Below are positions 26,701-36,370 of a stretch of 64,000 bases of DNA, one piece after another; within the stretch, counting starts at the first letter, position 1; every line of letters begins with the position of its first letter. Below the pieces are notes generated by a model. That model was not told the DNA's origin and searched no databases. It saw only the letters and a program-made list of their open reading frames with translations. The translations under genes and the position numbers were made by a program. Source of the DNA: Verrucomicrobiota bacterium (lineage in GTDB: Bacteria > Verrucomicrobiota > Lentisphaeria > JABSQK01 > JAJFLO01). Location: assembly GCA_021772675.1 (NCBI GenBank), contig JAJFLO010000040.1, positions 5,083 through 69,082 on the forward strand, read 5' to 3'.

Positions 26701-28983
26701 GTAGATTGAGGAAAATCCGACAATATTTATCACCAGTAGCGGGCCATTGGCAGTTTTTTCGTTGTGAGTGATCAAGTGCCTGATTTCTAACGGCAGTTCA
26801 AGCAGTGCCCGTGTATTTCCTGATGCGTCCAGTCTGACGGCCTTTAAAATATCTATAACCGTTTGACCGCCCGGTACATTTATTAATATTTCGGGAAGTA
26901 ATATTTCAGCATTCTTCAAGTTATTTGCCATTCGCTCAGATATGGGCAGAGCCCCCTGAATCCAGAGAATGAGTCCGGATATAAGGGCATCATAGTCTTT
27001 TTTAAGTATTGGAAGAAACTCCTTCAATACTTCAGGATTGGCAAACATGACATCAATCAGCTCACATATCATCGCGACACGGTCTTGATGACCGGGGCTG
27101 GTATCATCCCATGTCCTGACCAGCAATTGATTGGCGTCTTCATAGGCGTGATCGTTTAGGTGCATGAAAAGTTTAAGCCGCTGTGGTATGGGGAACTGTT
27201 TTCCTGCCTTTTGCATATAGCCGCTATTGGCAAGAATCAGATGCGACTGTGATCTTGCTACTAATGCAAATCGTCTATTAATCATGGCCATGACAGCAAG
27301 TTCCTGCAGACGCACACTGTCACTGTTATTCAGTGCCGAAATGAGATTGTCGTAGTCGTCTATAGCCTCTTCTGTGCGATTTAAGTCGCATAATATCATG
27401 GCCCGATAGAGTTTTGCCCGATAGAGGTCTTCCTCTGCCTGCGAGTCCTGATTTTTTTCAAATTCCCTGATCGCCGTTTCAAAGGTGGCGGCGGCGGCTT
27501 CTATCTGGTTCATTTCAACTAAAATTAACCCCCTGGCTAATGTGATCTTACCGGTTAATAGATCCGTATTAGTTCCATGTTGTGTGGCAATGAGTTGGCC
27601 CAGTTCGTTGACAGTACTTAATGCTTTTTGTTGCGTTTTCTCATGAGCGGCCAGAAGCACGGCCTGTTGGAGTAAAATATCAATATTGTCGGGAGTTATG
27701 CGCGCAGAGTGTTTTTTCAGAAAATCAACGTCAATAGCGTCGAACTCAGTTTTTGTTATGGCTGCTGAATAATAAGTCAGGCTTTCATTTTGCGCGTCTA
27801 TGATGCGGTGTTGCAATTCTGAGGTATCATACCAGCGCTGAAGAAAATTCACGATCAGGGGTAATGGCCGGTTTCGACCTTCTTTGATATCAAGCATGAG
27901 CCGGAGCAGCGGTTCATTTAATTCATAACAAGTCGTTCGTCCAACCTGAGTTTTACGGACAAATTCACCTTTATGAAGATCGGTTAGCTGACGGGAAACC
28001 ACCTGTGACGTGAGAATGGTATATCGGGCAATCTCTTTTACTGCAATGGCCCGGCCATGATGATCGGCAATCGCTCTTAAAATCTTGTTCTGCTGTGGTG
28101 ACAAACGATCCAGTCGCTGCTGATAATATGGAGTGAGCTCACGATCACAGAAGCAAATGAAGGGAGGTACCAGGTTTGCCAGTCCGTTGTCATCAAGAAA
28201 AATACTCAACATCGCCAGCAGTCTGTGATTGCCGCCAGTAAGGTCATAGACCGCATTTATACGTGGAATCGCAGTCTCTTTATTTAACTCAATCGCGAGT
28301 TGGGGATTGCCGTTTGCCGATGCCAGACTGGCCAGAAACGATTGGGTGCCGTCGGGGGATAACGGCCTTAATGTATGGATATTAAAAAAACCGTAAAATG
28401 GATGATCTTCCTTGCCGTTTTGATATTTTGAGGTTGCTGACGCAAGTAGTGATACCGATGAATGGGTTTGAAGAAAGCCTCGCAGTGGGCCAATCTGGCC
28501 TTCGCTCTGTAAGACGGTGAAGATATCATTGAGATTTTCGATTATCAACAGTACGGCCCGCTGGTTTATCGTTTCCTCCAGCATTTCCGTAACCAATTCA
28601 AGTGCGGCGGGCATCGTTAAACCGGTAATTTTTTCAATGATTGTTGTCCGTGCTTCTCCAGCAGCACATATTACCGTCATAATGAAATCCAGTAATGAAC
28701 TGATGCCGCGTTCCTCTTCTGAGAACGGTATAATTAACACATTTTCGTCATTTTGAGAGTAATGTGGTATGGAGTGACGAATATAGGCCAGGAGATGGGT
28801 TTTTCCTGATCCTCGCGGACCGATAATCAAATGGTGATTGGATGATTGAGAACCCGCTATCGACTGGATATCCGCCATTATCGTTTCTGCCAGTTTTCGA
28901 CGGTCCCGGGTAAGCAGTTTGTCAATAACATCCAGTGAATTATTTTGCGGACTGAAAATTAAGGGAAGTGAATAATTATCCAT
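23737..28983 (-). CDS. 1748-aa multidomain STAND protein: AAA+ (ORC/Cdc6-like) ATPase with HTH, TPR-like region, degenerate cyclase-like domain, NACHT, FGE-type domain without VR
   Basis: N-terminal Walker A is IIGPRGSGKTHLL. TPR-like helical repeats follow. The cyclase-like block reads LLVINIVGFSS / NSINGYYLFL. NACHT motifs are LGDPGSGKTTLM and ILVLLDGLDEV. C-terminal FGE motifs are GISWYSAMQYCQWLT, LPLEMEWEWVAG, NIWELC and ALRGGSW. The 3' end has no nucleotide homology to the TR. Confidence 0.85.
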   Translation of the reverse strand: MDNYSLPLIFSPQNNSLDVIDKLLTRDRRKLAETIMADIQSIAGSQSSNHHLIIGPRGSGKTHLLAYIRHSIPHYSQNDENVLIIPFSEEERGISSLLDFIMTVICAAGEARTTIIEKITGLTMPAALELVTEMLEETINQRAVLLIIENLNDIFTVLQSEGQIGPLRGFLQTHSSVSLLASATSKYQNGKEDHPFYGFFNIHTLRPLSPDGTQSFLASLASANGNPQLAIELNKETAIPRINAVYDLTGGNHRLLAMLSIFLDDNGLANLVPPFICFCDRELTPYYQQRLDRLSPQQNKILRAIADHHGRAIAVKEIARYTILTSQVVSRQLTDLHKGEFVRKTQVGRTTCYELNEPLLRLMLDIKEGRNRPLPLIVNFLQRWYDTSELQHRIIDAQNESLTYYSAAITKTEFDAIDVDFLKKHSARITPDNIDILLQQAVLLAAHEKTQQKALSTVNELGQLIATQHGTNTDLLTGKITLARGLILVEMNQIEAAAATFETAIREFEKNQDSQAEEDLYRAKLYRAMILCDLNRTEEAIDDYDNLISALNNSDSVRLQELAVMAMINRRFALVARSQSHLILANSGYMQKAGKQFPIPQRLKLFMHLNDHAYEDANQLLVRTWDDTSPGHQDRVAMICELIDVMFANPEVLKEFLPILKKDYDALISGLILWIQGALPISERMANNLKNAEILLPEILINVPGGQTVIDILKAVRLDASGNTRALLELPLEIRHLITHNEKTANGPLLVINIVGFSSIYKTEFERMHVIKVLQSLIDFTGEMISPYTPFSRFFKQTNSINGYYLFLENQPIDTAFVFVKALCSNLYQYNTHHNGVNTPLRLCLILAWQRTDLDINQYADSLITDAQHLVRDEKLKSYQEYSDGHSILFSTAIFHNLLESELTKSPLTSKLTKLNWSQLQSQESYNQDDIAYVNDERITSETGIDDDKTLQRYLAAIHIEHGRINLFGFLSSANISVNLFDAFVSLRLTEYGHSLPEIKEPKEETERLLSPRQLLTQAMADSKSILILGDPGSGKTTLMRYLEICSIDNSGQNQLSLKKPLIPLLVPLREINPDQPFIESLVKWAKIRNFNFSKRTLKNWLKEPGILVLLDGLDEVGSLKKRKQICRWIDHAVPVYNQSVFVVTCRFTGYHEHEGIFLKLPHIRANVLDLNSDQQQEYLLHWFYAVSIAELDPAERSNEENSDSLKKESATHANDIITFLAEDGNRSLKEMAGIPVLLQIMAIIWREHGSLAGGRMLLYNRSINYLLDHRDRRKRIKPLLTTTETKKILQNLSFWMQDELHADELPGKKIETYITGMLKKINPEISSAQFLNYICDRAGVLVKSNDTYMFQHKSFREYLAAVEIANRGRADLLVANFHDDWWRETILFSAGLTEPAIFPQFLELFLPHDGNDGATSPLLLQMVRESVRLPIDPIIMVLTDRRYSWRKRYNSLQCLRHHASERVITAVMSLIDDGEKSLRNLASELLTKWGVECPQDTKTAPKESHFFNSIENNAEYIFVPGGQFRFSATVKEVSISDLYIAKYPITNLRYRTFLNSFTDAEVQIHNSKDFENRKFNEDNQPVIGISWYSAMQYCQWLTMQAKDVDKNRSQRQFRLPLEMEWEWVAGRGGRRYPWGNETPNKNRANCDEMMGHTTVAGLYPDGATPEGIMDMAGNIWELCLNGWEQPDLSVIPDINQIVQSSEPDHLKALRGGSWIDGSGSCQVTARNQTKAKTSWNTIGFRVVMQLI

Positions 28984-30195
28984 TTACCAACCTTTATGAA
29001 CGTAGTCCCACCAACGTCGTACTAGTGGTAGTTTAAAACGCCATGAATTCTGATTGTCCCGGAGCAGATAATGATCGTCTAAAAGTAATTTAAGCATCAC
29101 ACCGGCATATTCTTTATCGATATCTTGATAAGTTTCATCATATCGCAGTATCTTCACCAGCGCATCGAATTCCAAACCGTGTTCGAATTGACAGAGTTTT
29201 CTTAGTATGGTTCGTGCCAGCTCGGCTTTTTCATCCGGATAGTAGGCAGCCAGGCGACTTTTGTAATAATTGAACTCAGCCGGGTCCCCGTGCGCATCAA
29301 ATAATTGTTCTGGAATCGCTTCTATTATAGCCACTGTCCATGGGGACTCTTCGTTCTCCGACATCCATTTTACTATATGCTGTATGTAGAAGGGGACAAA
29401 GCAGGCGGTGTTGGCAATCGCTTCGGCACACTTGGCGATTGAATCACAAGGAATGGCTTCTCCCCGGATAAGACTGCCGGCAAGATACGTGCCGTCTTCA
29501 GAAGATAAAGGCGGAAGTTCAATTGGCGGTATATCATTGACGGGTTGTCCGGTATAACCAAATGATGTGAGTTTATCGAGGACGATATGTAATCCGAGGG
29601 AACCACAAAATAACATGCGGAAATTTGGATGTTCATGTCGAAGCGCACGCAAATCATCAAGGATGCGAATGGCATCATGCGCGTGATTATTTTTGATTAA
29701 TCCATCAAGAAAATGTGGCAGTTCGTCAATGATTAGAACCACCATGCGATCATCTGCGTTCCGAACAGCGTCAGCAACAGTTTCTTCGAGAAAAGTACTC
29801 CAGCTGGTTACTTCAGGAAGGCGTTGAGTTCCGATAGTTTGGCCCTGTAATTTTTGTGCCTGCCGCAGGAACCAGTCTTTTGCTCGTTGTAATCGCCGAT
29901 CATCAAATAGATTTTCGATATGGATTTGCTGATTAATTCGCCAGATTAGTTCAGGTGCCGATTTGTCACGTTGTGCGTCGATAAACAAGGTAACGGCAGA
30001 TTCGGGTGCGATAGCGCGGGCGAGTTGAATCAGCCATGTTTTTCCCATACGGCGTTCTGAGAGAATGCGCAGACTTCCGGATTCCAGCCGCCGCCACAAG
30101 AGCTGTGCCAGCTTCTCTCTTCCAAAAACGAATTCGGAGGCCTCCCCTACGCTTGGATTGCCAAACTTGAGCTTTGTCGGTTTATAATTCATCAT
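28984..30195 (-). CDS. ATP-binding protein (AAA-type, archaeal-ATPase/DUF234-like)
   Basis: 403 aa. P-loop-like ERRMGKTWLI and Walker B VVLIIDELPHF. Its stop codon abuts the start codon of the 1748-aa gene (TAA then ATG with no spacer). Confidence 0.7.
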   Translation of the reverse strand: MMNYKPTKLKFGNPSVGEASEFVFGREKLAQLLWRRLESGSLRILSERRMGKTWLIQLARAIAPESAVTLFIDAQRDKSAPELIWRINQQIHIENLFDDRRLQRAKDWFLRQAQKLQGQTIGTQRLPEVTSWSTFLEETVADAVRNADDRMVVLIIDELPHFLDGLIKNNHAHDAIRILDDLRALRHEHPNFRMLFCGSLGLHIVLDKLTSFGYTGQPVNDIPPIELPPLSSEDGTYLAGSLIRGEAIPCDSIAKCAEAIANTACFVPFYIQHIVKWMSENEESPWTVAIIEAIPEQLFDAHGDPAEFNYYKSRLAAYYPDEKAELARTILRKLCQFEHGLEFDALVKILRYDETYQDIDKEYAGVMLKLLLDDHYLLRDNQNSWRFKLPLVRRWWDYVHKGW

Positions 30196-30278
30196 TAATC
30201 GTACGACCTTTTTATCGTACGATAGATTCCGTCAATTGATTTTGCAAGCGCGTTCGGAAATTTTTTGCATCAAAAAAA

Positions 30279-30612
30279 TGTCCCGATACGGACGTTCGAA
30301 CCACAGGCTTACCAGCCCGAACCGGGACGGTGTTTTATTTGGCCCGATCGTGATAACTCACATTTTAGGTTTCATTTTCGATTTGTTATTCAAATATGGT
30401 TAACTTGCAATCAAAACTGAGTAACGCAGTTCCACGCAAAGCGAGACTAAATCTGTTATCTAGCTGGCTGTGCAAATCACAAGACATCTCAGCCAGGAAT
30501 GGCCGAGTTACTTTAACAAATCAAAACTGAAACCTAAAATGTGGGTAATAACCGAACACAGGAACAAATCATACGTCTTGGTGATTACCGTTAATTCTTT
30601 CGGGCATGGCAT
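30279..30612 (-). pseudogene. remnant of a second DGR cassette: avd 5' stub fused to post-TR sequence and a terminator copy, interrupted by a MITE
   Basis: 30612 downward encodes MPCPKELTVITKTYD, versus intact Avd [17 protein letters not shown]. At about 30567 homology jumps to the sequence found at 18806-18826. 30279-30350 matches 18726-18800. Confidence 0.65.
30356..30546. repeat. family A composite MITE (third copy)
   Basis: Outer inverted repeats are ACTCACATTTTAGGTTTCATTTTCGATTTGTTA ... TAACAAATCAAAACTGAAACCTAAAATGTGGGT. The REP arm is CTCAGCCAGGAATGGCCGAGTTAC. It is inserted within the cassette remnant. Confidence 0.65.
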
Positions 30613-30712
30613 AATATTAGATTAATGAGCTTCTTACAAAAGTCTTTTCGGCATCATTTCTTGCTCAAAATTCTGCTTGAACATACTTTTGCAAAAAAGC
30701 TCTGATGTTTTA

Positions 30713-33700
30713 TTAAAATTTTTTTTCCGCGCTTCGCGCGACGGAAAAGGGTAAAAAGATTAAAAGAAAAAAGGGTAAAACTAAACGTCTCGCAAAACAA
30801 CCCGAAAACCGAGGAGGCTGCCATCGGCCGCCCGGGTCGTAGGCGATGCGGGCAGAGCAGGAGCAGCTGTCTGGACCGTAGTTCCAGGCGCCGCCCCGCA
30901 AAACAGTCCAATCAGAATCTTTCCGCTTAATAGCAATATCCGACAAATTCGTTCTGTCTGCCAGTTGAAATTCAGGGTCATCCCTTCGATTCATGCACCA
31001 TTCCCAAACATTGCCTGCCATATTCATAACGCCCTCAGGCGTTGCTCCCTCAGGGTATGATCCCACCGGTGTTGTTTGACCCACTTTACTACCAAAATTT
31101 GCTCGAGTCTTATCCGGTGTCTCTGGACCCCATGGGTACTTTCGATTACCATTTCCTGCAATCCATTCCCACTCAACTTCGGTCGGCAGGCTGAATCTGG
31201 CATTTGGATTATCGAAATGGTCCATTGGCCAAGTTTCAGTAAGCCAATGACAATAGGCCATGGCGCCATACCAGTTAACACCGACTACCGGCTGTTCGTC
31301 ACCACCAAAACGTCGATCATCAAGGTAGTCGGACATATACTTTTTGACTTCATTACTGGACAGCGACGCAATAAACTGACGATAGTGTTTATTCATAACT
31401 GGATATTTGGCAACATACAGATTTGAGACAGACACCTTTTTCTTTGTCACGGGAAACTGATAGCTGCCCCCAGAAATGAAGATATAGTTTGTTTTATCTG
31501 TAACTGAACTAACTATTGACGCCTGTTTACCAGCTTTTTTAGATGGCACATCTACATTCCATTCTGCGAGCAATTCAGATGTCAGATTTCGTAATAGCGT
31601 TTCTTTGTCATTTGATATTGATTTCACAGCCGTAATAACCCGTTCAGAGGGATGGTTGCGAAGACACTGTAGGGTATTATAGCGTTTACGCCAGGAATAC
31701 CGGTGATCGGTCAGTACCGCAATAATAGGGGCGATGGGTAATCGAACGGATTCCTGAACCATTTGCAGCAACAATGGCAAGGTTGCGCCGCCATTGTGAT
31801 CATCAATCAGAAATTCTGTGAGAAATTCAGAAAAAACGGCCGGTTCAGTCAGACCAGCTGAAAAGAGAATGGTTTCCCGCCACCAGTCATCGTTAAAATT
31901 TTCGACCAATAAATCTGCCAGACCACGATTGGCAATTTCCACAGCCGCCAGATATTCCCGGAACGACTTATGCTGGAACATATAGGAATCATTTGATTTA
32001 ACCAGAACTCCGGCGCGATCACGCATATAATTAAGGAATTCTGTCGGCGTGATTTTGGGGTTGATTTCTTCCAGCATACCGGTGATATACTCCTCTATTT
32101 TGTTTCCCGGCAATTCATCCTTTTTTAGTTTTGACTGCATCCATAACGATAAATAGCGAAGTATTTCCCTTGCTTCTGCTGCATTGACTAGTGGTTCAAT
32201 ATGTTTTTTTCGGTCACGGTGATCAAGAAGATAATTTATGCTGCGGTCATAGAGCGATACGCGACTGCCGGACAGGCTGCCTTGTTCGCGCCAGATAATT
32301 GCCATGATCTGCAACAATACTGGGATGCCCGCCATATCCCTGAATGATTGATTTTCATCCTTACCCAAAAAATTCATTATGTCATCGGCATGTATAGTTG
32401 CCTGAATTTCTAATTCATTTTTTTTCACTGTACTATTATTGAGTTTTTCAGCATGAACTTCTTCTAAAGCAGATGCCGTAAACCAATGAATAAGGAAATC
32501 CTTCTGCTGGTTTTCGTCCAAATCATGGACTTCAGCCTGGATATGTGATCTGTTCAGGAATATACCGTCTGCCTGGCTGTATCCTGTAAAACGGCATGTC
32601 ACAACAAATATGGACTCACCGTATGCGGTTGCCGCGTTATCAATCCATCGGCAGACGGATTTTCGATTCTCCAGGCTGCTGACCTCATCAAGCCCATCAA
32701 GCAACACCAGTAAACCAGGCTCGTGCAGCCAATCTTTTAGTATATCTTTAGAAAGTTCCAGATTTCGATTAATTGCCCATACTGCCAGTGAATTGACGAA
32801 AGGTTGCTGAGGATCAATTTCACGTAACGGAATCAACAGAGGAATCAGCGGCTTTTTCAGAGAAAGTTGTTCACGTTTTGAATCATCGATAGAGCAGATT
32901 GCCAGATAACGCATCAACGTGGTTTTTCCTGAGCCGGGTTCGCCCAGAATCAGTATTGATTTGTCTTCGGTGATAGCTCGTACTAAAAGTTGTCGGGGTG
33001 ATACCAGTCGATTGTTTGTTTCCTTTTCTACCCTGATTTCAGGAAAGTCACGACCGGATTCAGTTAGGCGCAAAGATACAAATGCATCAAGAAGATTAAC
33101 AGGGATATTCGCAGAAGACAAAAATCCAAACAAGCTGATACGACTATGTTCGCGGTTTACCACTTCAAGATAATTTCGCAGTAATTTATTTTCGCCGTCC
33201 TTACGTTTGGCTGCTTTCGATTTTACCCGACGAGATTGGCTGGCAGTCGGTATGTAGTCACCTTGTATATATCCGATGTGTTCTTGGCCGTGTTTATCCT
33301 CTACCGGCAAACGACTCCATTTTAATTCCCTTAAATGAGAGTAACCATTGGGTTGATCAAATTCCTCCTTAAGTTTATGATGAAATAACATTGTCGAAAA
33401 TAGAGCCGACGGTTCTTTGGACTCATTCATAAATTGCTTAAAATTTTTGTCATCTATCAATCGATTCGCGTCGGCCATAACCGAGCTGTAGTATTGATCA
33501 CCAACCAGTTCGACAGTACCGTAAGCTAAAACCAGACGCAGTGACAAAGGCAGGTCTTTGCCCTTTTCTTCTAGATTATATCTTGTCACTTCCTGACGAA
33601 GGTGTTGAGTATATTCCAGAGCATCCATGGTGGAAATTGTTTTTAGTAAAATATAATACCCATCCCCTGTTTTTTCGCGTTCAAACAGTTTTGAAAACGG

Positions 33701-33865
33701 AATCACTGTACTGATAAAAGACCCGGCCTGTTCGATCAATTCCTGGAATTGTCGGGATATGGCTTTGCGGTGTATATCATCTTTATACTGGGATGTGAAT
33801 CCGACGATATCGATACACAGGATTGGAAACATTGGATTTTCTGAAATAGCTGTACTCATCTGCAC
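30713..33865 (-). CDS. DGR target protein 3 (cyclase-like, NACHT, FGE/CLec with VR); C-terminus frameshifted inside the VR
   Basis: 1050 aa as read. The N-terminus (FPILCIDIVGFTS, KTGDGYYILL) resembles targets 1 and 2. The centre and FGE domain resemble the 1748-aa protein. A 1-nt length excess in the VR replaces the expected ...GFRVVLRDV ending (stop at 30781) with QPPRFSGCFARRL... running to 30713. Confidence 0.8.
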   Translation of the reverse strand: MQMSTAISENPMFPILCIDIVGFTSQYKDDIHRKAISRQFQELIEQAGSFISTVIPFSKLFEREKTGDGYYILLKTISTMDALEYTQHLRQEVTRYNLEEKGKDLPLSLRLVLAYGTVELVGDQYYSSVMADANRLIDDKNFKQFMNESKEPSALFSTMLFHHKLKEEFDQPNGYSHLRELKWSRLPVEDKHGQEHIGYIQGDYIPTASQSRRVKSKAAKRKDGENKLLRNYLEVVNREHSRISLFGFLSSANIPVNLLDAFVSLRLTESGRDFPEIRVEKETNNRLVSPRQLLVRAITEDKSILILGEPGSGKTTLMRYLAICSIDDSKREQLSLKKPLIPLLIPLREIDPQQPFVNSLAVWAINRNLELSKDILKDWLHEPGLLVLLDGLDEVSSLENRKSVCRWIDNAATAYGESIFVVTCRFTGYSQADGIFLNRSHIQAEVHDLDENQQKDFLIHWFTASALEEVHAEKLNNSTVKKNELEIQATIHADDIMNFLGKDENQSFRDMAGIPVLLQIMAIIWREQGSLSGSRVSLYDRSINYLLDHRDRKKHIEPLVNAAEAREILRYLSLWMQSKLKKDELPGNKIEEYITGMLEEINPKITPTEFLNYMRDRAGVLVKSNDSYMFQHKSFREYLAAVEIANRGLADLLVENFNDDWWRETILFSAGLTEPAVFSEFLTEFLIDDHNGGATLPLLLQMVQESVRLPIAPIIAVLTDHRYSWRKRYNTLQCLRNHPSERVITAVKSISNDKETLLRNLTSELLAEWNVDVPSKKAGKQASIVSSVTDKTNYIFISGGSYQFPVTKKKVSVSNLYVAKYPVMNKHYRQFIASLSSNEVKKYMSDYLDDRRFGGDEQPVVGVNWYGAMAYCHWLTETWPMDHFDNPNARFSLPTEVEWEWIAGNGNRKYPWGPETPDKTRANFGSKVGQTTPVGSYPEGATPEGVMNMAGNVWEWCMNRRDDPEFQLADRTNLSDIAIKRKDSDWTVLRGGAWNYGPDSCSCSARIAYDPGGRWQPPRFSGCFARRLVLPFFLLIFLPFSVARSAEKKF
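30790..30905 (-). other. DGR variable region VR3
   Basis: About 18 substitutions relative to the TR, all at TR adenines, plus 1 extra nt in the 3'-most AAC run. Confidence 0.85.
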
Positions 33866-33966
33866 TTTCGATCTATAATTATTTATTCAATTATTATTTT
33901 TGTTTTACTATATATTGACATCAACTCACTTTTGTATCACTTTTAAGATTATTTTAAGTGAGTAGT

Positions 33967-34058
33967 TATACTGCAAGCAGTAGGTTTTTCGACATTCGTT
34001 ATTCATTTCAGGCAACAATTTTACAGAAACCTGTCGAAAACCTGATGGCTGTCGGTAT
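33967..34058. repeat. family B structured repeat (inverted orientation)
   Basis: Reverse complement of the 11685-11776 type. Lies about 100 nt upstream of the target 3 start. Confidence 0.6.
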
Positions 34059-34285
34059 AATAGTAAATGTCATTAAGTAAAGAATCGCGGGTTTGTTGGT
34101 CTTTCCGCATACTGGGGGATTTTATACAAAAGCCCCCATTATGGCGGAACTCCAAACTTAAAAACAGATCAGGAGCATGAAAAATACCTAACTTATTGGC
34201 ACTGAGTTAATCGTGCGCCGTAAAATGACGTCGTTTCCACTATGCTCACTTCTTATTATTCACTGTTTACTAAATTTCCTGACAA

Positions 34286-34361
34286 GCCAAAGTAGCTCAG
34301 TTGGTAGAGCAATTCACTCGTAATGAATAGGTCAGCGGTTCAAATCCGCTCTTTGGCTCCA
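34286..34361 (+). tRNA. tRNA-Thr (anticodon CGU), CCA encoded
   Basis: The cloverleaf was folded by hand. Acceptor is GCCAAAG/CTTTGGC, the D-arm reads GCTCAGTTGGTAGAGC, the anticodon stem is ATTCA/TGAAT with loop CTCGTAA, and the T-arm is GCGGTTCAAATCCGC. Ends with discriminator T and CCA. Confidence 0.9.
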
Positions 34362-35842
34362 AGTTTTCTTGCCTGTTTTGACCTCAAGTAATCCATTTTG
34401 CAAACTTATGCTATTTAGTGCCAATTTGTGCACTTCGTTTAAAAATTGCAAGCATTTTGCAAGCATTTTTTGTCAGGGTTGCTTGAGGGTATTGTGAGAA
34501 GAAAAATAGTTGGTAAAAAATTATTTTTAAGAGTGGAGTTTATTCGCTTCGCTCATTTCGGACCTTCGAGCTCTCACCTTTTTGTAAATCAATTCACAAA
34601 TAAATCCACCGTAAATTAACGCCGGAAAATCCGGTCATTAAAAATATAACCAATTAATTTGTAGTTGGTTAACACTAATTAAATGTAATGATCAGATTTG
34701 CCATATTCATTCGAAAAACGTTTATACCTTTTTTATGGCTATCTTAAACCTTGAATATTTGGGATTGATGAAATTAAATATGCATTTCGGAATTTCTTCA
34801 ATTACGCGGTAAGAAATAAAATATTTTTTGCTTAGAAGAAGTGCCTCCAATGAAAAGTTTTAATTATTATCTAGACGAAATATCCCAAATTTAGTTTGAA
34901 CTTAACCGGCTACGCCAGGGTTTTACCGCTAAGATTGGCAAAATTAGTCCTCCTGGTGAACCTCCTATGTTATAAATTTAATTTCAGCTCGTTCGTAGTC
35001 CCGTCCACGCTAAGCGGGACGGAAGTTTTCGGAGAGCTTCAGCGATCCGGTGTTTTTACACGCTCGCTGAAGCATCGCTACCACTTCCGCCTGAAGACGG
35101 TACTACAAACTCACTTTCTTCCAAGATAGTGATTTTACTGAATATGTGCTTTTCCAGCATTAACAACAACTTAGAATACACTACCTATACTATTAAATTA
35201 ATACGATATTTAATTTTGGAAGCAAATGAGTAGGGTTAGATAATAAACTTTTTTCAGTAATGCCGGTCATTCTTCTGCTAAAATCACCCCAATGTCGTTA
35301 AGTTAAGAGATAGGTTGATATGCAAATGCGAATTGAAATTTTTTTCTATCTTTTTTCCGTTGAAAGCTTCGATTTAATCGGATTTGAGTCGGCCTAATGA
35401 AGAATAATTTGTGTAAGCGTTCAATAATATAGTTTATTGAGTCTCTAAAAAAGAGCAAGATGCCGAATTCTTTCATTTTTGCCAAAGCTCTCGTTCGATT
35501 AACCTTATAGTCATGTTTGTCATTTTTTATCTTAACTTCAAGCTGCTCATCGATTGGGGTAATCAGCATTGAAGTTAAATTAAACATGAGAATTTTGGCA
35601 AAGAAATCCTGTTTTACAGTAAGAGGGGTTTGAAGTCCAACGGTACGAAAAGTTACTATAAGATCACTGTCCTTAAAAATTTTCCACCTAAATTGATTGA
35701 CAGGTTGTCAATTTAGAGTATACCTCAAATTAACGTCAGGTCATAGTACTTAATTGTGTCAACTTAAGATTATTATTTTTGTTTATTGACACTTGTTTGT
35801 CAAACTCTATAACTCTAACTTGACATATTTAAGGATGGAATA

Positions 35843-36370
35843 ATGACAGGACAACGTATTGGCTATATCAGGGTTAGTACCTTTGACCAGAACACAGATC
35901 GTCAATTGGAAGGTATACAAGTTGATCGTATTTTTACGGATAAAGGTATTCACCGGGAACAACTGGAAATATTAATAACTTTTGTTCGAAGTGGTGACAC
36001 CGTTGTCGTACACAGCATGGATCGGTTAGCACGTAATCTCGACGATTTGCGTCGCATTGTTCAATTACTCACGAGAGATGGGATTCGCATCGAGTTTATC
36101 AAGGAAAATCTGTCTTTTACAGGCGAAGATTCGCCAATGGCAAACTTAATGTTGTCTGTAATGGGTGAATTCGCTCGAAAAACTGGATTGGACTGGTCAG
36201 TCGTTTCCCGCCACTTAAAGTTACTAAACCTGCCCTTTCCTATTTTAGAATATCTAGAAAAGAATCAAACGCCTGAAGTATTAAAACAATGTCACCTAAA
36301 ATATTTATGCAGCCTTACAAAATTATCGGAGAAAGAATGTATTATAAGATTTTCTACAGATATCGGATAA
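35843..36370 (+). pseudogene. serine recombinase (resolvase/invertase) fragment
   Basis: The N-terminus IGYIRVSTFDQNTDRQL...GDTVVVHSMDRLARNLDDL...FTGEDSPMANLMLSVMGEFA is canonical. The conserved DK-x-SGK block is shortened (DKGIHREQL). After GEFA the sequence departs from the expected EFER..IRERQ helix into unrelated text. No C-terminal HTH is present. Confidence 0.6.

Noticed and set aside
35303-35587. 94-aa minus-strand ORF as a transposase fragment
   Set aside because: It has basic, low-complexity text with no catalytic or HTH motif that I can recognise, so support for naming it is insufficient.
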